DNA of 64,000 bases, from positions 2,914,001 to 2,978,000 of the forward strand of contig CM039005.1 of NCBI GenBank assembly GCA_017499595.2. Direction: 5' to 3'. A model generated the notes under the pieces. It worked only from the letters and a program-made list of their open reading frames with translations, was not told the origin of the DNA and did not search any database. Both the position numbers and the translations under genes were made by a program. This DNA comes from Psilocybe cubensis (Eukaryota). The number at the start of each line of letters is the position of its first letter. Positions within the stretch are counted from its first letter, which is position 1. Shown piece by piece: positions 12,607-25,900 of the stretch.

Positions 12607-13930
12607 CTATGTGTACATCAAGTCAGCTAAGCGATGTACCTCGTATACCTCCGCTCCCAAGGGATCATCCCACTCAGCCCCGTCCTCGTCATCTAGTCGG
12701 TCTTCCCATACCTCGATATCTCTGAGCGAATATTCGTCCGATACGTCACCTCCAATTACATGAACTTTCACACAATGAAGAAAATGGGCGATGAGGAAAA
12801 TATCATCCGGTCCTTGTCTGTCTTCCCGGTGGAAAAACGGTCTCTCCAGTCCTTGTAGAAATTTCCCTGTATCTCCAAGGTCGTAGAACAGAACAATTCG
12901 ATAATTGTCCTGTGATTAACGATATGAAATGGCAACGACATAACGAATGTATCTGTCAACTTACCTCAACGTCAACTCCAAATGCGTTATCATTCAAGGC
13001 CTCAATTAAATCCTTGCGCAGTGTGATTGCATTGGATACAACACATGCCTCCGAGTAGTTGTTGAATTTACGTGGATCTTGGGATGCATCTTTCAACTAT
13101 TGGGAAAAATAATCCTATTTCAGGCTGACGGAATAATGGACGCGTTGCTTAGACATACCGCGTCTATCATGGCTGGAGGTATAAGCCACGTAATTGCGAC
13201 CTCGTGTTCTCCGCAAGCTCCAGTTATGACGCAGTGGCCTTTATCCCGCTCAGCAACTGCCCGCTCAATTTCTTCAGGCATGGCATACTTTATTGACACC
13301 CATGATATTGGGTATTAATTTAGCATTATGAATATGCTACCGGATTTGCTTACCCAAGGCATCATCTCAGCATTACGAAAAAGATTGAAACGGTCATTTG
13401 GTGCAGGATTTTCGATCACTCTCCTGATCGTAGTAAATGATCTATCGCCGATGGAGCAATCAAATATAATAAGTGACCCCTCTGCAAAGAAAACATTGAT
13501 ATTTCATTGTGCTGAAACTCTGCAGGAGAGAGAAACTTACTCGGGTTGTACAAATTGTAGTCTCCTGGGAGAAGTATTTCGGTTGAACCCGGGGGCCAAA
13601 TGTTTCGACCAACTCGTTCTCTGTTGTAAAACAACGGTAAACCAGGTACTTTCTCAACCTTTACAGGAAATAATCCAAATTCCTTTCTTTCCCTGTCTAT
13701 CAGACGTATCCATCTATCAAGAGTGGCGACGCTTATGGGTGTTATGAGATGGTTTACACCTGACACAATGTAAGGGCCATTTCAACATGTTGGAGCAGTT
13801 ACTGACCTCCAATCAGACGTTGGCCTCCAACTGCCCAGATGAATACATCCTTTTTGAGTTTTCTAGACTTGGTTGACAAAAGATGGGCTGGTTTATAGGT
13901 ACTTTCTGATAAATCTGATGCTTGTGACAT
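12607..13930 (-). CDS. Pseudo-HNH family protein, copy A (6 exons, most divergent member)
   Basis: Spliced: MSQASD..KDVFIW..RLIGG / ..LLPGDY / .. / RDKGHCVITG..ITWLIPP / SNAITLRKDLIEALNDNAFGVDVE / DNYRIVLF..GPDDIFLIAHF..GGD..*. No internal stops found. Confidence 0.8.
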
Positions 13931-14156
13931 GATAAACTGGAGTGGGTTTTGGGCGTGATTGGGGACCGTACATCTAAACGATACTCGCAATTATCACTCT
14001 CATCACATTTTTAAGTTCAAACCCCGACAGCTTGAATTATCGTATTAATTTAGAGTTCGCGTGGTACTCTGCCAACTAAAGAAATGGTGAATTATTTTAC
14101 AGAGTGTTATACATCCAATTCCAATATCCAGTGTATTCCTCTGAGCTAAATAACTT

Positions 14157-14400
14157 CAATCGATTTCTCCTTCATCAACATCTTCATAATAATCGTCTTC
14201 GGTATCACTGTTATCTACATGGGGCCCAAAGGACTTCCATGATGCTTCTCATGTAGATAAAGACTCATCTCATCCTACCACAGCGCATCTTGACTGGAAA
14301 TGTGTATTTCTCCCTGAATAATGCCATGATCAGATAGCCGTTGGCCTACATCATGAGATTTTGTACGTCATTTTTAAACATAAATAAAAGCATGTACCTA
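14157..14400 (-). pseudogene. Relic last exon of a pseudo-HNH family gene
   Basis: Reads ISSQDALW*DEMSLYLHEKHHG, frameshift, FGPHVDNSDTEDDYYEDVDE. Matches the family tail LWxDELSxxxYE..PFGP..DNSDTE. Confidence 0.65.
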
Positions 14401-14583
14401 TCAATTGGTACAGAGAAGCGGAAATTAGGTCTGTCAATGCGAACATGGAACTTGGACAGTGGGATTTAGATACTAGAAGTAAATTTACCCACTATCATAA
14501 TGGAAAATGTGCAATGCATTTATTATAGTCGGCGTGCTTCGTGCTATTGCCAAATTCAATCCTGAGGCATACCCCATAACGGT

Positions 14584-16036
14584 TTACGCGTTTACATCAT
14601 CTCCATATTCGTCTATATTGGAAACGTCGTCCATTTCATCGATAGGTTCATCCGAGCTATCCCAAGAATCCTCGTCTGCTGCATCATCGTCGGATTTATA
14701 AGGTGAATCATAATAGTACTGGTATATCACCCGACTCAGCTCTTTTTTCCACAGGGGATGGTTATGCGGAAGCGGACGCCTCTCGCCATCAAGCCTCAAA
14801 ATTTGCATTTGTCGATCAACTACCTCCCGTGTGTATTGTCGAGTAATGTCCCCGCCGTATAAATTGACATACAGACAGTGTAAGAAATGCGCTCGAAGAA
14901 AAATATCATCCGGTCCCTTGAACCGGTCCCGATTCATGGGCTGTTTGAAATAGGGCCGGATATTTGTGGCACCCTTGAATGGTTCGCCTATTGGACCAAT
15001 ATCACGGAATAGCACAACGCGATAGTTGTCCTGCTCCATCAGGTTAGGTAATGTGTCATGGTGGCATGAAATAACTCACATTGACATCAATGCCAATGGC
15101 GTTCTCAAAAAACGCATCGGCTAAATCCTTTTGCAATGTTATAGCATTTCCTGGAATATATAACTGATTGGGGTCCTTGTATTCACTTTCATATTCTAAC
15201 TGTTTCATCTGTGAGGACAAGGACAATACATGGCTTTAGCATGGGCATGCGTAACAACGAAACAATATAATTCATACCACTTCCACAAAGGGTGGCGGAA
15301 CTAGCCACGCAGCAGTGACTACTTCTGCATTGGTAACTCCAGTTATCATACATTGACCGTGGTCACGACGCATTACTGAATTGATGATAATGTCATTAAG
15401 CTCGAACTAAAACACATCATAGGTTAGATTTACACTCATATGCAAGAGAACTTTGCTTGACTGACAAGAGGCATATACTCTGGTTCGACCCTCACCATCC
15501 AGCGTGCATTCGGCTGTTCAGCGTCGTACTTCCTTTCCTTGAAGGATGGTACACCGGAAACAATTTTGAAAGGATTGGAGAAAGGACCTATTGCGGAATA
15601 TTAGTATGCATTCCTCGAATTCAATGCCCCGAAAACTCACTGGATGGAATATCAAAATCGTAGTCTCCAGGCGGAATAATGTCCGTTGAATCCGCTGGTA
15701 TATTATCTCCACTGCGCGTACGATAGCAATTAAACAACCCACGGCCCTTTTCGACCGTCACGGGATATATTTCAAAGTCAAGGCAGTCCTCGTCAACGAA
15801 ACGACCCCAGTCATGCAGGATTTTGCTGCTAATCGGAGTGATCTCCTGATTAAGACCTGATAGTTCAGAGAATGAGATCTGTTGAGCGAGCTTTGAATGA
15901 GTTTTCACTTTCCTCCAATCAACAGTTGTCTAGTTGGAGACCAAAAAAACGTGTCACGATTCCGTTCTCGTGATACCTTCGAAAGCATATGGACTGGCTT
16001 GTATTTTGATGCTTGCGTGTTGTCGGGTTGAGACAT
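14584..16036 (-). CDS. Pseudo-HNH family protein, copy B
   Basis: MSQPDN..RDTFFWSPTRQLLIGG / ..IIPPGDY / RDHGQCMITG..AAWLVPP / GNAITLQKDLADAFFENAIGIDVN / DNYRVVLF..DIFLRAHF..acidic tail. Intron positions shared with paralogs. Confidence 0.85.
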
Positions 16037-16639
16037 TGCCGTTGAATCTGAGGCAGGGAAGTGGTGTTAGGTTCGCTCATCGATGCTACCGATTGTTTTT
16101 TGCTTTGGAATTTTTGAAATTCCCACAGTTTTAATTTCTGTCCTGGAATACGACCGCGTGCAAAGAAATGTCACCATTTAGGCCCGCACAATATGGATGA
16201 AGAAGCCTCATCACACTAGAGCTAGGTTCCCGGTCCGAACTCCACTGTATATTTGTGAACCTCGAAGTCATAATGGAAATGATCTCGGACTGTCAGCAAC
16301 GTGTCTGATAAAAAAACCCATGTGAGCGATCTGAATTATAGAGACAACTCACGGCAGGGTGAATATCAGACACGACTCGGAAAGTCCCAGATTGTGCACA
16401 AAGAGTGATAGTCAGTTTTCAACAGGAAAGACCACCAAGGCCATGATACATGAAACCCAAAGCTTCGATCCAAGTAATGAGTGAGTAGATGAACGAAGGT
16501 GCAGACCGTGAGAATATTTGGAGGAGTGATGTCGTTCTAGCGTATTACCGGCTTGAAGTTCAAAGACAATCTGTCATTTAAAGTCGTAGGTAAAGCCACA
16601 TGAAGTTGGAAACATTTTTCTGAGACATTGTTAGTGCTA

Positions 16640-16780
16640 TACACCCTGTACAATAGGTTGATCATCGTCGTTGTGGTAATCGGCAACCTTGTCTATAACG
16701 GCAATTCAAGCTGAGTACAAACGGCACGATGTCGGCAAGCTGTGTCATCATCGGATTGACATCGGAGTTCAATATTCAAT
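16640..16780 (-). pseudogene. Possible HsbA-like relic exon
   Basis: After an acceptor-like TTTCAG it reads ILNSDVNPMMTQLADIVPFVLSL, frameshift, IAVIDKVADY. This aligns by eye with VSDEHVLKVFSTFNSFTPDIMDYLNGITEKSADF of the 62-kb gene. Confidence 0.3.
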
Positions 16781-17365
16781 GCTGAAAGTAAGCCGATACC
16801 GGCTGAAGCGACGGTGCTTAAAAAAAGAAATCATCGAGCACTGAGCGAACACGACTCTTCAAACCAAGTGTTTTGTTATCGTCGGGAGTAGGGAAGAAAA
16901 GGATTATGGATATAATCAAAGGGACGGTTCAACTCAAACTATTACCCTATACCCTAGTGAGAAGGAATTACAACAGAGACCACCTTCTACACAGGTGCCG
17001 CTCCGCGGTGATGGAATCTGACTGAATACACAACATGGACTGCACAATTGCAATACACGAGGATGTATGTCAGCAGGGACGTGCATCCCGGCCTACCTTG
17101 AGGTTCAGAGGCTTCTATATGAACTTCATCTTCGTAGAGTGATCTCAGAGATGTCTTGTTTGGGAAATCAGGAGGTATATCGGAGCTGGGCAGACAGATA
17201 AAATAGCGCCGAATTGTTTAGATTGCTGTACTGTGAGCGGTATACACGGGGTATACACATACTGTTCACCTTTATAAATTCCCAATGTAATTGAATTTCT
17301 GTACCCAAGATTTATATTTTCCCTGTTTCTGAGCTCTTCCCGGGGTCTGCTCCTACATCATATCA

Positions 17366-18838
17366 ATGGATCACTCAAGCGCGACATCATCACCAAGCAC
17401 TCCCGTCTATCCGACTCGTCACCTTCCACCACTGGATTTTGAAGGTACGCTTGGTTGTAGCCTTATCCTTTTGAATCGCACAAATCTGATGTTGAAAACC
17501 CCAGATACAGCTGACTTGGAAGACAGTCGCGATTATCTTGTCATACCGCTGTATTCCAAGTGGCCCTTTGGGCCAGACACATTCCACCATTATCTTCCTT
17601 GCATACCCACAGACTTGCCAGATATATTGTCTCTAGAAGGGTACACACATACCAGGGTAGACGTGACTTTACCACACACCGCACATCCTCCAATTGTACA
17701 GCATGAGTTCAATCAGTCTCAGTATGACCATCGGGCAGGTTCCGGTGCATTGGAGACGGAGCTCTTCACTAGTGGTCCAAATGTTGCACACGATAGAGAA
17801 AATGATGAATGCTCAAGCACCATGAGCTTCAATCCGAGTCGTACCTTGAGCACGACATCATCATCAAGCACTAGGATAGATGTGACTCCTACAACATATC
17901 CATGGATCACTCGAGCGCTACATCATCACCAAGCACTCCCGTCTATCCGACACTTCGATTCCCACCAATGGACTTGGATGTACGTATAGCCATTTGAATC
18001 TCCTCCAAAATCGTAAACATCTGATTGTGGAAACCTTAGATACGGCTGACTTGGAAGACAGCCTTGACTACCTTGTCATACCCCCGTATTCCGAGTTACC
18101 ATTTGGCCCCGACACAGTACACTACTATCTTCCTCGCAGAGTTACAAACTGGCCGGATTCGCTCTCTCTGGAGGTGTATCCTGATATATGGGCTTGTCAT
18201 CCCGAGTACTATTGGCCGTATTCCGGTGTAGGGGATGTAGCTGTAAGCCAGAACCAGCCGCAGAGCCATATTACAATCCATGAACGCAACTTCAATAACA
18301 CTCCCAGCGGTTCAAGGTTGGGAGATTTTGAACAGCAACCTTCGGTCACCACTCAGGAAAGGCAGAATATGATATTTCATACAATTGAACATGGACACCC
18401 GGGCGAAGACACAGAATGCTCCGGAAATCGTCCCGTTGAGCGGAATGAGGAGTATATCCGCCCAACCACAGCTCAAAGGTAATGTATATATCTCTGCCTT
18501 TCATGTAATTGGTGTTGACGAACGGTTTCATAGCACCCGCGGAAGCAGTGAGACCCGGCCTTGCACGCGAGTAGAGCAAGGCCTGGGTGATGGAAGGGGT
18601 AGTAGTAGGGGTGTAGAGTCCATCCCAATGCACTCCCAAGGGGATGACAGTGCCCAAATTCAGAGGTGAGCCTATTTCTTTCCGTCAATACGTGTTCAGT
18701 GACAAGAACTTACGCAGGCACTCTGACGGCAGCAGCAACGTCGCCCCCGATCCACAGCCCAAGGGGCGCTTTGATGCCTTTGGCAGGTGGGTAACCAAAG
18801 GCGGAAGATTCGATTTGAATGAAAGAAAAGGCAAATAG
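17366..18838 (+). CDS. Uncharacterised multi-exon gene C with an internal tandem duplication (units start at 17366 and 17902)
   Basis: Two units read MDHSSATSSPSTPVYPT..(intron)..DTADLEDSxDYLVIPxYSxxPFGPDTxHxYLP. Downstream exons end ..GRFDLNERKGK* at 18838. How the two units are joined is uncertain. Confidence 0.55.
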
Positions 18839-19124
18839 ATATTGCTCCTGTGTGGATGTAGCGGTGGATTGACGGAATCGGCGGAGAGGCTTGGGTGGTA
18901 GATATAGTTCGAGATCGAGGACAATGAAATTATCTTAGTAACAAAAAATTACTACTACCTTATCTATGTGATGGCATCGCCGTGTTTGTTTGTTTGCTTG
19001 TGCGTGCTCGTCGGGTCTTGGCTTTGCGGAATCACCGTGCCTTTTCTCTTACCTCCCACCAACTATGGGCTATTCAATGCAAATTCGACGCTTACCCGCG
19101 TCTGATTGATCAAGTTAAAGTCTT

Positions 19125-19656
19125 TCCTTGCGAAGCGTGATAGCATTAATTGATTTGTAGAGTTCCCCCATTGCGCTGTACGCGCTTCCGCCTTCCACAT
19201 AATTCATCTTGTTATACGGAATTAGTACCCAAGGTCGAAGAATGACAAACAAGATCCCTTACCGCATAAATTAATGGAGGTGGAACTGCCCATACGACAG
19301 AAACTACGTCGTTTCCCGAAACGCCAGTAACTACACATTGACCGTGATCTCTTTGCAGAACATGCTTCTGGACATCGTTGGGTACGTCAAACTATTGAAC
19401 TTGTCAAGTATTTCCTAGAATTTGTAATTGGGGGATATTGCTTACCTTGACCACTTCTTCTGGTCTGACGGTGTAAATCAAGACTGCGTCTGCCTTTGGA
19501 AGTGTGGTTAAATATTTGACTTTCGTAATGAGACGTATGTTTTTACATGGACTTAACGTGTACTTTCTCGGAACTAAGCTTACTAGATACGCGTGCATCT
19601 GCATTTTCCTCATCATGCTTTCCACTTTCAGGTTTGTTTTTCTCCGAATCCGACAT
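19125..19656 (-). pseudogene. Internally deleted, 3'-truncated pseudo-HNH copy D-prime
   Basis: Inverted copy of the 56952-58497 gene. It lacks about 0.5 kb (equivalent to ~57083-57590) and everything after NAITLRK. Confidence 0.85.
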
Positions 19657-19983
19657 TTGATCTTTTGCGCCTAACGAATCGCTGAGAAAAGGCAGATAAA
19701 TCGATGGCTTTACGTACGGTGAGCAAGGCTATCATGTTCCTCACATTCCCACAGTTATAATACCTGTCTGATGATGCCGCGCGGCTCGGAGTGTGATTGT
19801 GAGCTATATATTCGAACTCCGAATGCTCGGCCATAAGTAAAAACTTAGTCTCGTACCCATTTTTTCAATTTTGTAGTACCGGCAAGGATATTTTAGTCCT
19901 AGTACTGATACTAGTAGTAAGTGAATTGTGAGAATTTGATGATCACCAATATAATGAATAGTGCCGATAATCGTCCATCTCCA

Positions 19984-21574
19984 ATGTCCATCGCCCTACC
20001 GAGCACCCCAGCCAGCGTCGGCAGTAAACACACACAAGAGCCTGCTATGCCAGAAGATGAAAATCAACTCCCTAACGAGGATCAATACCAGCCACAACAC
20101 GTACTCTCAAAAGTATCGAAGACACTCGGAAAAGACACGTTTTTCTGGGCACCAACCAGTCAGCGACTCATCGGCGGTAAGTTAGAGGGCTCGTACTCAT
20201 GGTCTTGTATGTTCGCGCTAATGGTATTCTCAGGGCTGAACCACAACGTCACGCCAGTCAACAGCAAAATTCTACACACGTGGGCCACTCTTCTTGATAC
20301 CACCAACGACCGCCGTGTCAGGTTCGAGATATATCCCGTGCAGATCACCAAAGTTCCAATTGGACTATTCTACTACGAGCGATATCGGAGCGGGGAGAAT
20401 GTCCCGGAAATGTCGACTGAGCCGCTGCCCCCTGGAGACTACGACTTTCAAGTTTTTGCAAGTGAGCACCTCCTTTCGTCGTTTCGTATATTATTGTGTT
20501 TGTTTTGCAGACTGTGTAATTTTTCGATGAGGCAGATACGAAAATCGATCCTATAGCTCCTACGAGTAACATACTATCTTTCAAACAAATCAAATATCAA
20601 TCGACATTGCCAAAAGAGAAATCCTGGCTGCTTCGGCCTGTGGCTCCTGAAATGATGTACATGGTGAGATTTTATATTCATTCAATAAAATAGACTCATA
20701 GAAATGACATTTTCGCGACAGTTTGACGTCCCAGACGATATTCAGAAGGAGGTCATCGAACGTGACGGCGGACGGTGTCTCATTTCCGGCACTGCGGGAG
20801 ATGATGAAATCACTGTTGTATGGGCGATTCCACCTCCTTTACCGTTTGCTGTGAGTGCAATCCTCCATTGTCAAAAGTTCTATGGGCTGATTCTCGAAAA
20901 TTTAGATGAGGTATGTCGATGGTGGTGGTGTATACAAATCAACCACGGAGCTTTACAAGTCCGACAATGCATTTACGCTTCGCAAGGACTTGGCGGATGC
21001 TTTCCTTGACGGGGCTTTTGGCGTTGACGTAGATGTCAGTATCCCGCTACTTGTTTTCCTAAGCTAGAAAACTAATCAGCATGAAATGACATGCATCCAC
21101 TTTCAGGACGACTATCGCATCGTGGTACTCAAAAACTTCGGACCAGCGGCACAACCACTCATCGGACCCAATATCCAAGCCTACTTCCATCACCCAGGCG
21201 TCAAAGCCCAATTCAAAGTCGGACCCAAGGACATATTCCTCCGCGCGCACTTCGTCAACTGCCTCTACATAAACTTCCAAGGCGGCGACATCGTGACCCA
21301 GTACCCAACGCACATCGTAGAAGAACGAGAAAAGCTTCTGGGGTTCTATCCCGGCGAATCGCGTGTTTCCCGGAGGAGTAGGCTGTGGGGTGATGAATTG
21401 AGCCAGTTGATATATGAGCATTACTATCAAAGGCCGTTTGGGCCTGACTCGGACAACAGCGATACGGAGTTTGAGTACGAGTCGGATTTGGACGAGGAGC
21501 TTGTAATTGGGTGTAGCGGGAACTATGAAGATGAGGGTGATCTAGGTAATACCAATGTCAGAGATTCAAAGTAA
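19984..21574 (+). CDS. Pseudo-HNH family protein, copy E
   Basis: MSIALP..KDTFFWAPTSQRLIGG / ..PLPPGDY / RDGGRCLISG..VVWAIPP / DNAFTLRKDLADAFLDGAFGVDVD / DDYRIVVL..DIFLRAHF..DSDNSDTEFEYESDLDEE. The start could be the upstream ATG near 19954. Confidence 0.85.
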
Positions 21575-22962
21575 ACAGTAAGGTATATACGTCGACGTAG
21601 TCAATAAAAAGATCATTTTGACGCCATTTTTAAGAGGTGAATAATTGTAACCACACGCATTGGCAACACTTCAAAAAGCAAAAGCAGCAAATCCACATTC
21701 AACTCGTCAAACAAGTCTCACGACACAACGACACAATGCAGATCCCCAAAGTCTAAAAGATTGTGTTAAAAAAGTGGGAATTAAACGAGTGTGTCTGGTG
21801 TACTCAGGCTTATAGTTATACTTGCTAGTGCTACTTGCTACTTTACCTCGTGCCTCGTGCCTCATACCTCATACCTCGTGCATCAAACCTCATACCTCAT
21901 ACTTTGTAGTTGTACGTACGTATCTATAGCTATATATACCAATTAAAACAAAAATAAGCAACCGAGCGAGCGAGTGAGGGAGCGAGTAAGCCATCGGCAG
22001 TGGAGTACGAATAAGCGGGGTAGGAGTATTAACTAAAACGAAAAGAAAGTCAACAATAGTAGTAGTATCTAGTACGTAGTACGTAGTAAAATCACCAATA
22101 AAAAACGAGTGTCGAGCGGTGAGCGGAGAATATAATAAGACTTCGATGGGAGATAAAAAGACAAGAGATAGAAGTAAGAGACAAAGACAAAGACAAGAGA
22201 CAAAGACTCGACTGAGAGGAGAGAGACAGTATCGTCAAAGAATAATGAAAACAAACACGACAGTATAACACAGCAGGAAAGAGAAAATCGGAGAGTGAGG
22301 TCATGATTACGGATTGTGAATTGCAGGGTTGCAGAGTGTAGATTGCAGATTACGGTATGTGGGATTGTGGTATACCAAACAAAAAAAGAGAAAAAATCAT
22401 AAAGCCAGGCAGAACAAAAACCGAGAAACGGAAACATCATGCATCGTGAACAGAACCAGACTCACAAGGAAAATAGAATCAAAAGTCAGAAATTAGAAAT
22501 CGGAGAGAGACAGACGGATTGTGAGAGAAACAGAGAAACAGAGAAACAGAGACGAAGGGAAAGGTACCACATTCGAAAGAAAATTTGAAAATTTGAATAA
22601 CGCATTGCAAAACGACGAAAAAAAAATCCAAAAATTCAAACAACAACACTCAAACTTGAACTCGAACTCGAATACATCAAAAGAAGATCGATCAGCTAAT
22701 TAGAACCGAAACAAATGCAACGACAAAGTGTAACAGAATCAGAAGTAGGAACAGGATGGGAAGAGAAGAAAGAAATCTACACCACACATAATCCAGAATC
22801 AAACAAAAGGAGGAAAACAACTTGTGAACGACAAACGACAACCGACAAACGGAAGAAATCAACGAACGAAAAAAGCACAACACACCCAAACCCTTTCTCC
22901 CTCCCTCCCTCAAAGTGACCCAACGCCCAACGCCCAACGCCCAACCCCCACACATCCCACCC

Positions 22963-25900
22963 TCACAAATCCGCACCAACAGCATCCACAACATACAGCA
23001 CCTGCTGCGGCCTCACAAACAACCCCCTCGACTCCGCCCCCGACCCCGACATCTCCGAAACAGCCGGACTCACACTCCGCACCCTCTTCATCCTCTCCGA
23101 GGCAATACTCAGCTGATCGCCTTCCCTCTTCAGTAATCCCTGCATCTTCGGATCGCGGTCCCCTCTCAGCGCACCGGTGCCGGTGCTGGCTGTGCCCCAG
23201 GCAGTCATGGCAGAGCCGCTGGACGCATCTAGTCGCCTACGACGCGCAGCACGATCGTCTGTGCCGCCGCCGCTGTACCAAGTGGGATTCCCAGAGTCGA
23301 ATTCGGAGCCAGAGAGCATACCCCCAATCTCGAAATATCGGATTCCGCCCCACGACCCGTCGTTCCACTGTCTATCATCCACAACACCCGTTTTATCCAG
23401 TACACCGCTCCCCTGCCCATGTCCGTGTCCGTGTCCGTGTCCGTGTCCGCTGTGGGTGCTAAACCCACTCCCCGGAATCCCAAACCCAGAGCCATCCCCC
23501 CACCCATCCCCACTCCCACCCACACCTCCCGCAGGCACCGGCACCTCCACACCAACCCACTCCCCCTTCTCCCCCACCACCTCGCCAATATACCTCGCAT
23601 ACGCTTTAAACCTTTTCCGCTTCGACGAGATGATGCACGGGATGCCGATCTCGAGTGTTGCGCCTGTGGGCACGTCGGATGCTAGGAGGGCGTCGATGGA
23701 TGAGAGCGGTTTGTTGAGGGAGGCGGTGGTGTTGGTGGTATTGGTGAGCGTTGATGATTTTTTGGTTGGGTGTAGCGGTGATGGTGAGTGTGGTTGTGGT
23801 TGTGGTTGTGGTTGTGAGTGTGCGTGTGCGTGTGCGTGTGGGGAAGGGGAGGGAGAAGAAGAGGATGGTGGATGTGAAAGGGACGATGTAGACGGTGGAT
23901 GCGTGAGTGAAGAAGAAACTGGCATCGAAGACGGTAACAAAGGCGACGCCTTGGGTCTTGGCGAGTCGACAGAGAGAGGGAGCGGCGGGAGCGGTGGTGA
24001 AGTCGGCAACCCCTTCGCCTGCAGCTGCATCTCCTTCGAGCGTGGCCTACCTTCATCCACATCCACATCCTTCTCCTTCTCCCTATCCTTCTCAGACGAA
24101 GGAGCACCCGAAACGACCGACGAAAGTCCAGACGACTTGACCGTGCGGATCGTATCGCTCGATCCCTTCCTACGAAGCGTCGCAACACTCGAGCTCGACG
24201 CCGAGCTGCTCGTCTTTTTATGCTCGTTACCCGACCCTGTCCCTGTCCCTGTCCCACCGCTGCTACTACTACTAACACTCCCATCGTCCGAATGAACTTT
24301 AGCTCTCGGTTTGATCGTAATTGTGCTGGATGTATTTTCAGGGAGCGACGAGAGTGGTGCGTCCTCGGTGGTGGTGGTAGTTGTTGTAGGTTGCGGGATA
24401 ACAGACTCTACATCCCCATTCTCACTCTCACCTGCACCTTTCTCTTTCTCCTTCTCCTTCTCTTTATCAGGCAACGCAGGCGGCACAGACGGAGCAGGCG
24501 ACGAAGGAACATTGTCCTTCACCATATCCTTCTCCTTCTCCCTATTTTCCAATTCCAATTCCTTGTCCTTATCCTTCACCTTCACCTTCCCACCAACCCC
24601 AGGCCTCCGCATACTCTCCCCAGACTTCTGATGCGCCAACCTCCGCGCCGCAGCCGTAGCACCCACACCCGCCGCACCCACACTCAACTTCTTCACCATA
24701 ACCTTCTCCTTTTCCTTGTCTTTAGCATCCACAGACCCAGACCCAGGTCCCGAAGACGCCGTCTGAATCTGCGCCCCAGCACTTTTCGCCCTCCCAACTC
24801 CAACAGCAACAGCAACAGCAGGACTCAACCTGCTCGGATCCAACACACCCTGCGCCTGCGCCTGGCGCTTCGTCGGCGTACCACCCGCCCCCGCCCCCGC
24901 AGCCGCACCGCTACGCGTTCTCCTAGTCGCACCAGGGGCGCCAGCACCAGCACGCACACTACTCGCATTACTCGCCACAGAACTCACACTCGCACCCGAC
25001 ACCCGCCGCGCCCGCATCTGCACCGGCGATCCCGTCGCAGACCTCCCTCCTCCTCCTCCAGCCGTACGCACGCTAGCCGTACTCGTCGCCGACGTCCGGC
25101 GCGTGCGCACCGCCAACCCAGCAGTACTACCTGACCCCGACCCAGAAGCAGGCGCGGTGCGATACGTGCTCGCGCTCCCCGTGTCCGTTTCCGTAGCAGT
25201 CGCCGTAGACGCCGTCGACACAGGTCTATTCGCACCTTTCCCCTTTCCCGCCCCCGCATTCCCATTCCCACCTGACACAGAGCGCGTAGACACCCTCGAC
25301 ACAGGCCTCGACGTCGGTTTCCCTGCACCACCGAACGTAGCAGTAGTAGGCGACGCACGCGTCGTCGACACCCGCGGTGTGCGCGGTGATGTGACACTAT
25401 ACGAGCTGCCCCTTGAACTGGGCCTCGACGCGGACGCGGCGCTCGTGTACTGCGATGTCCTAACAGACGACGTCGAGCCCGATACGACCGTCTTGCGCAC
25501 TGATCCTGATACCGACCGCTGAGCAGAAGATTGAACAGACGGAGCAAGCGAGCGCGGTTTGGATATCACCGTTTTCACCCCAGCCGCAGAGCGCGTGGCA
25601 GCAGAAGACGCGGGAGCCTGCGCGCGCGCTGTGGGTGCGGTGCTTGCGCGCGGGGTGTGGTATACGGAGGGGACGTCGCTGGCGCTGGCGCTCGCTAGAC
25701 TCTGCGTGTCGTCTTGCTCCTGCTCCTGTTCGTGTTCGTGTTCCTGCTCCTGGCCTTCCTCGTTCTCCTGCTCCATCTCCGTACCCGTTCTAAAGCTGAC
25801 CGTATCATCTTCATCCTCATCCTCCTCGCCCTCACCACCATCTTCCTCCTCCTGATCCAACACACTCTCCCTCTCCCTATCATCCTCACCCTCCAACACA

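Noticed and set aside
21840..22930. Short repeats (CCTCATA/CCTCGTG, AG-rich tracts; mirrored at 41200-42400) as a CRISPR-like or structured array
   Set aside because: Microsatellite-like low complexity with no repeat-spacer structure, in a eukaryotic 3'UTR/intergenic context.
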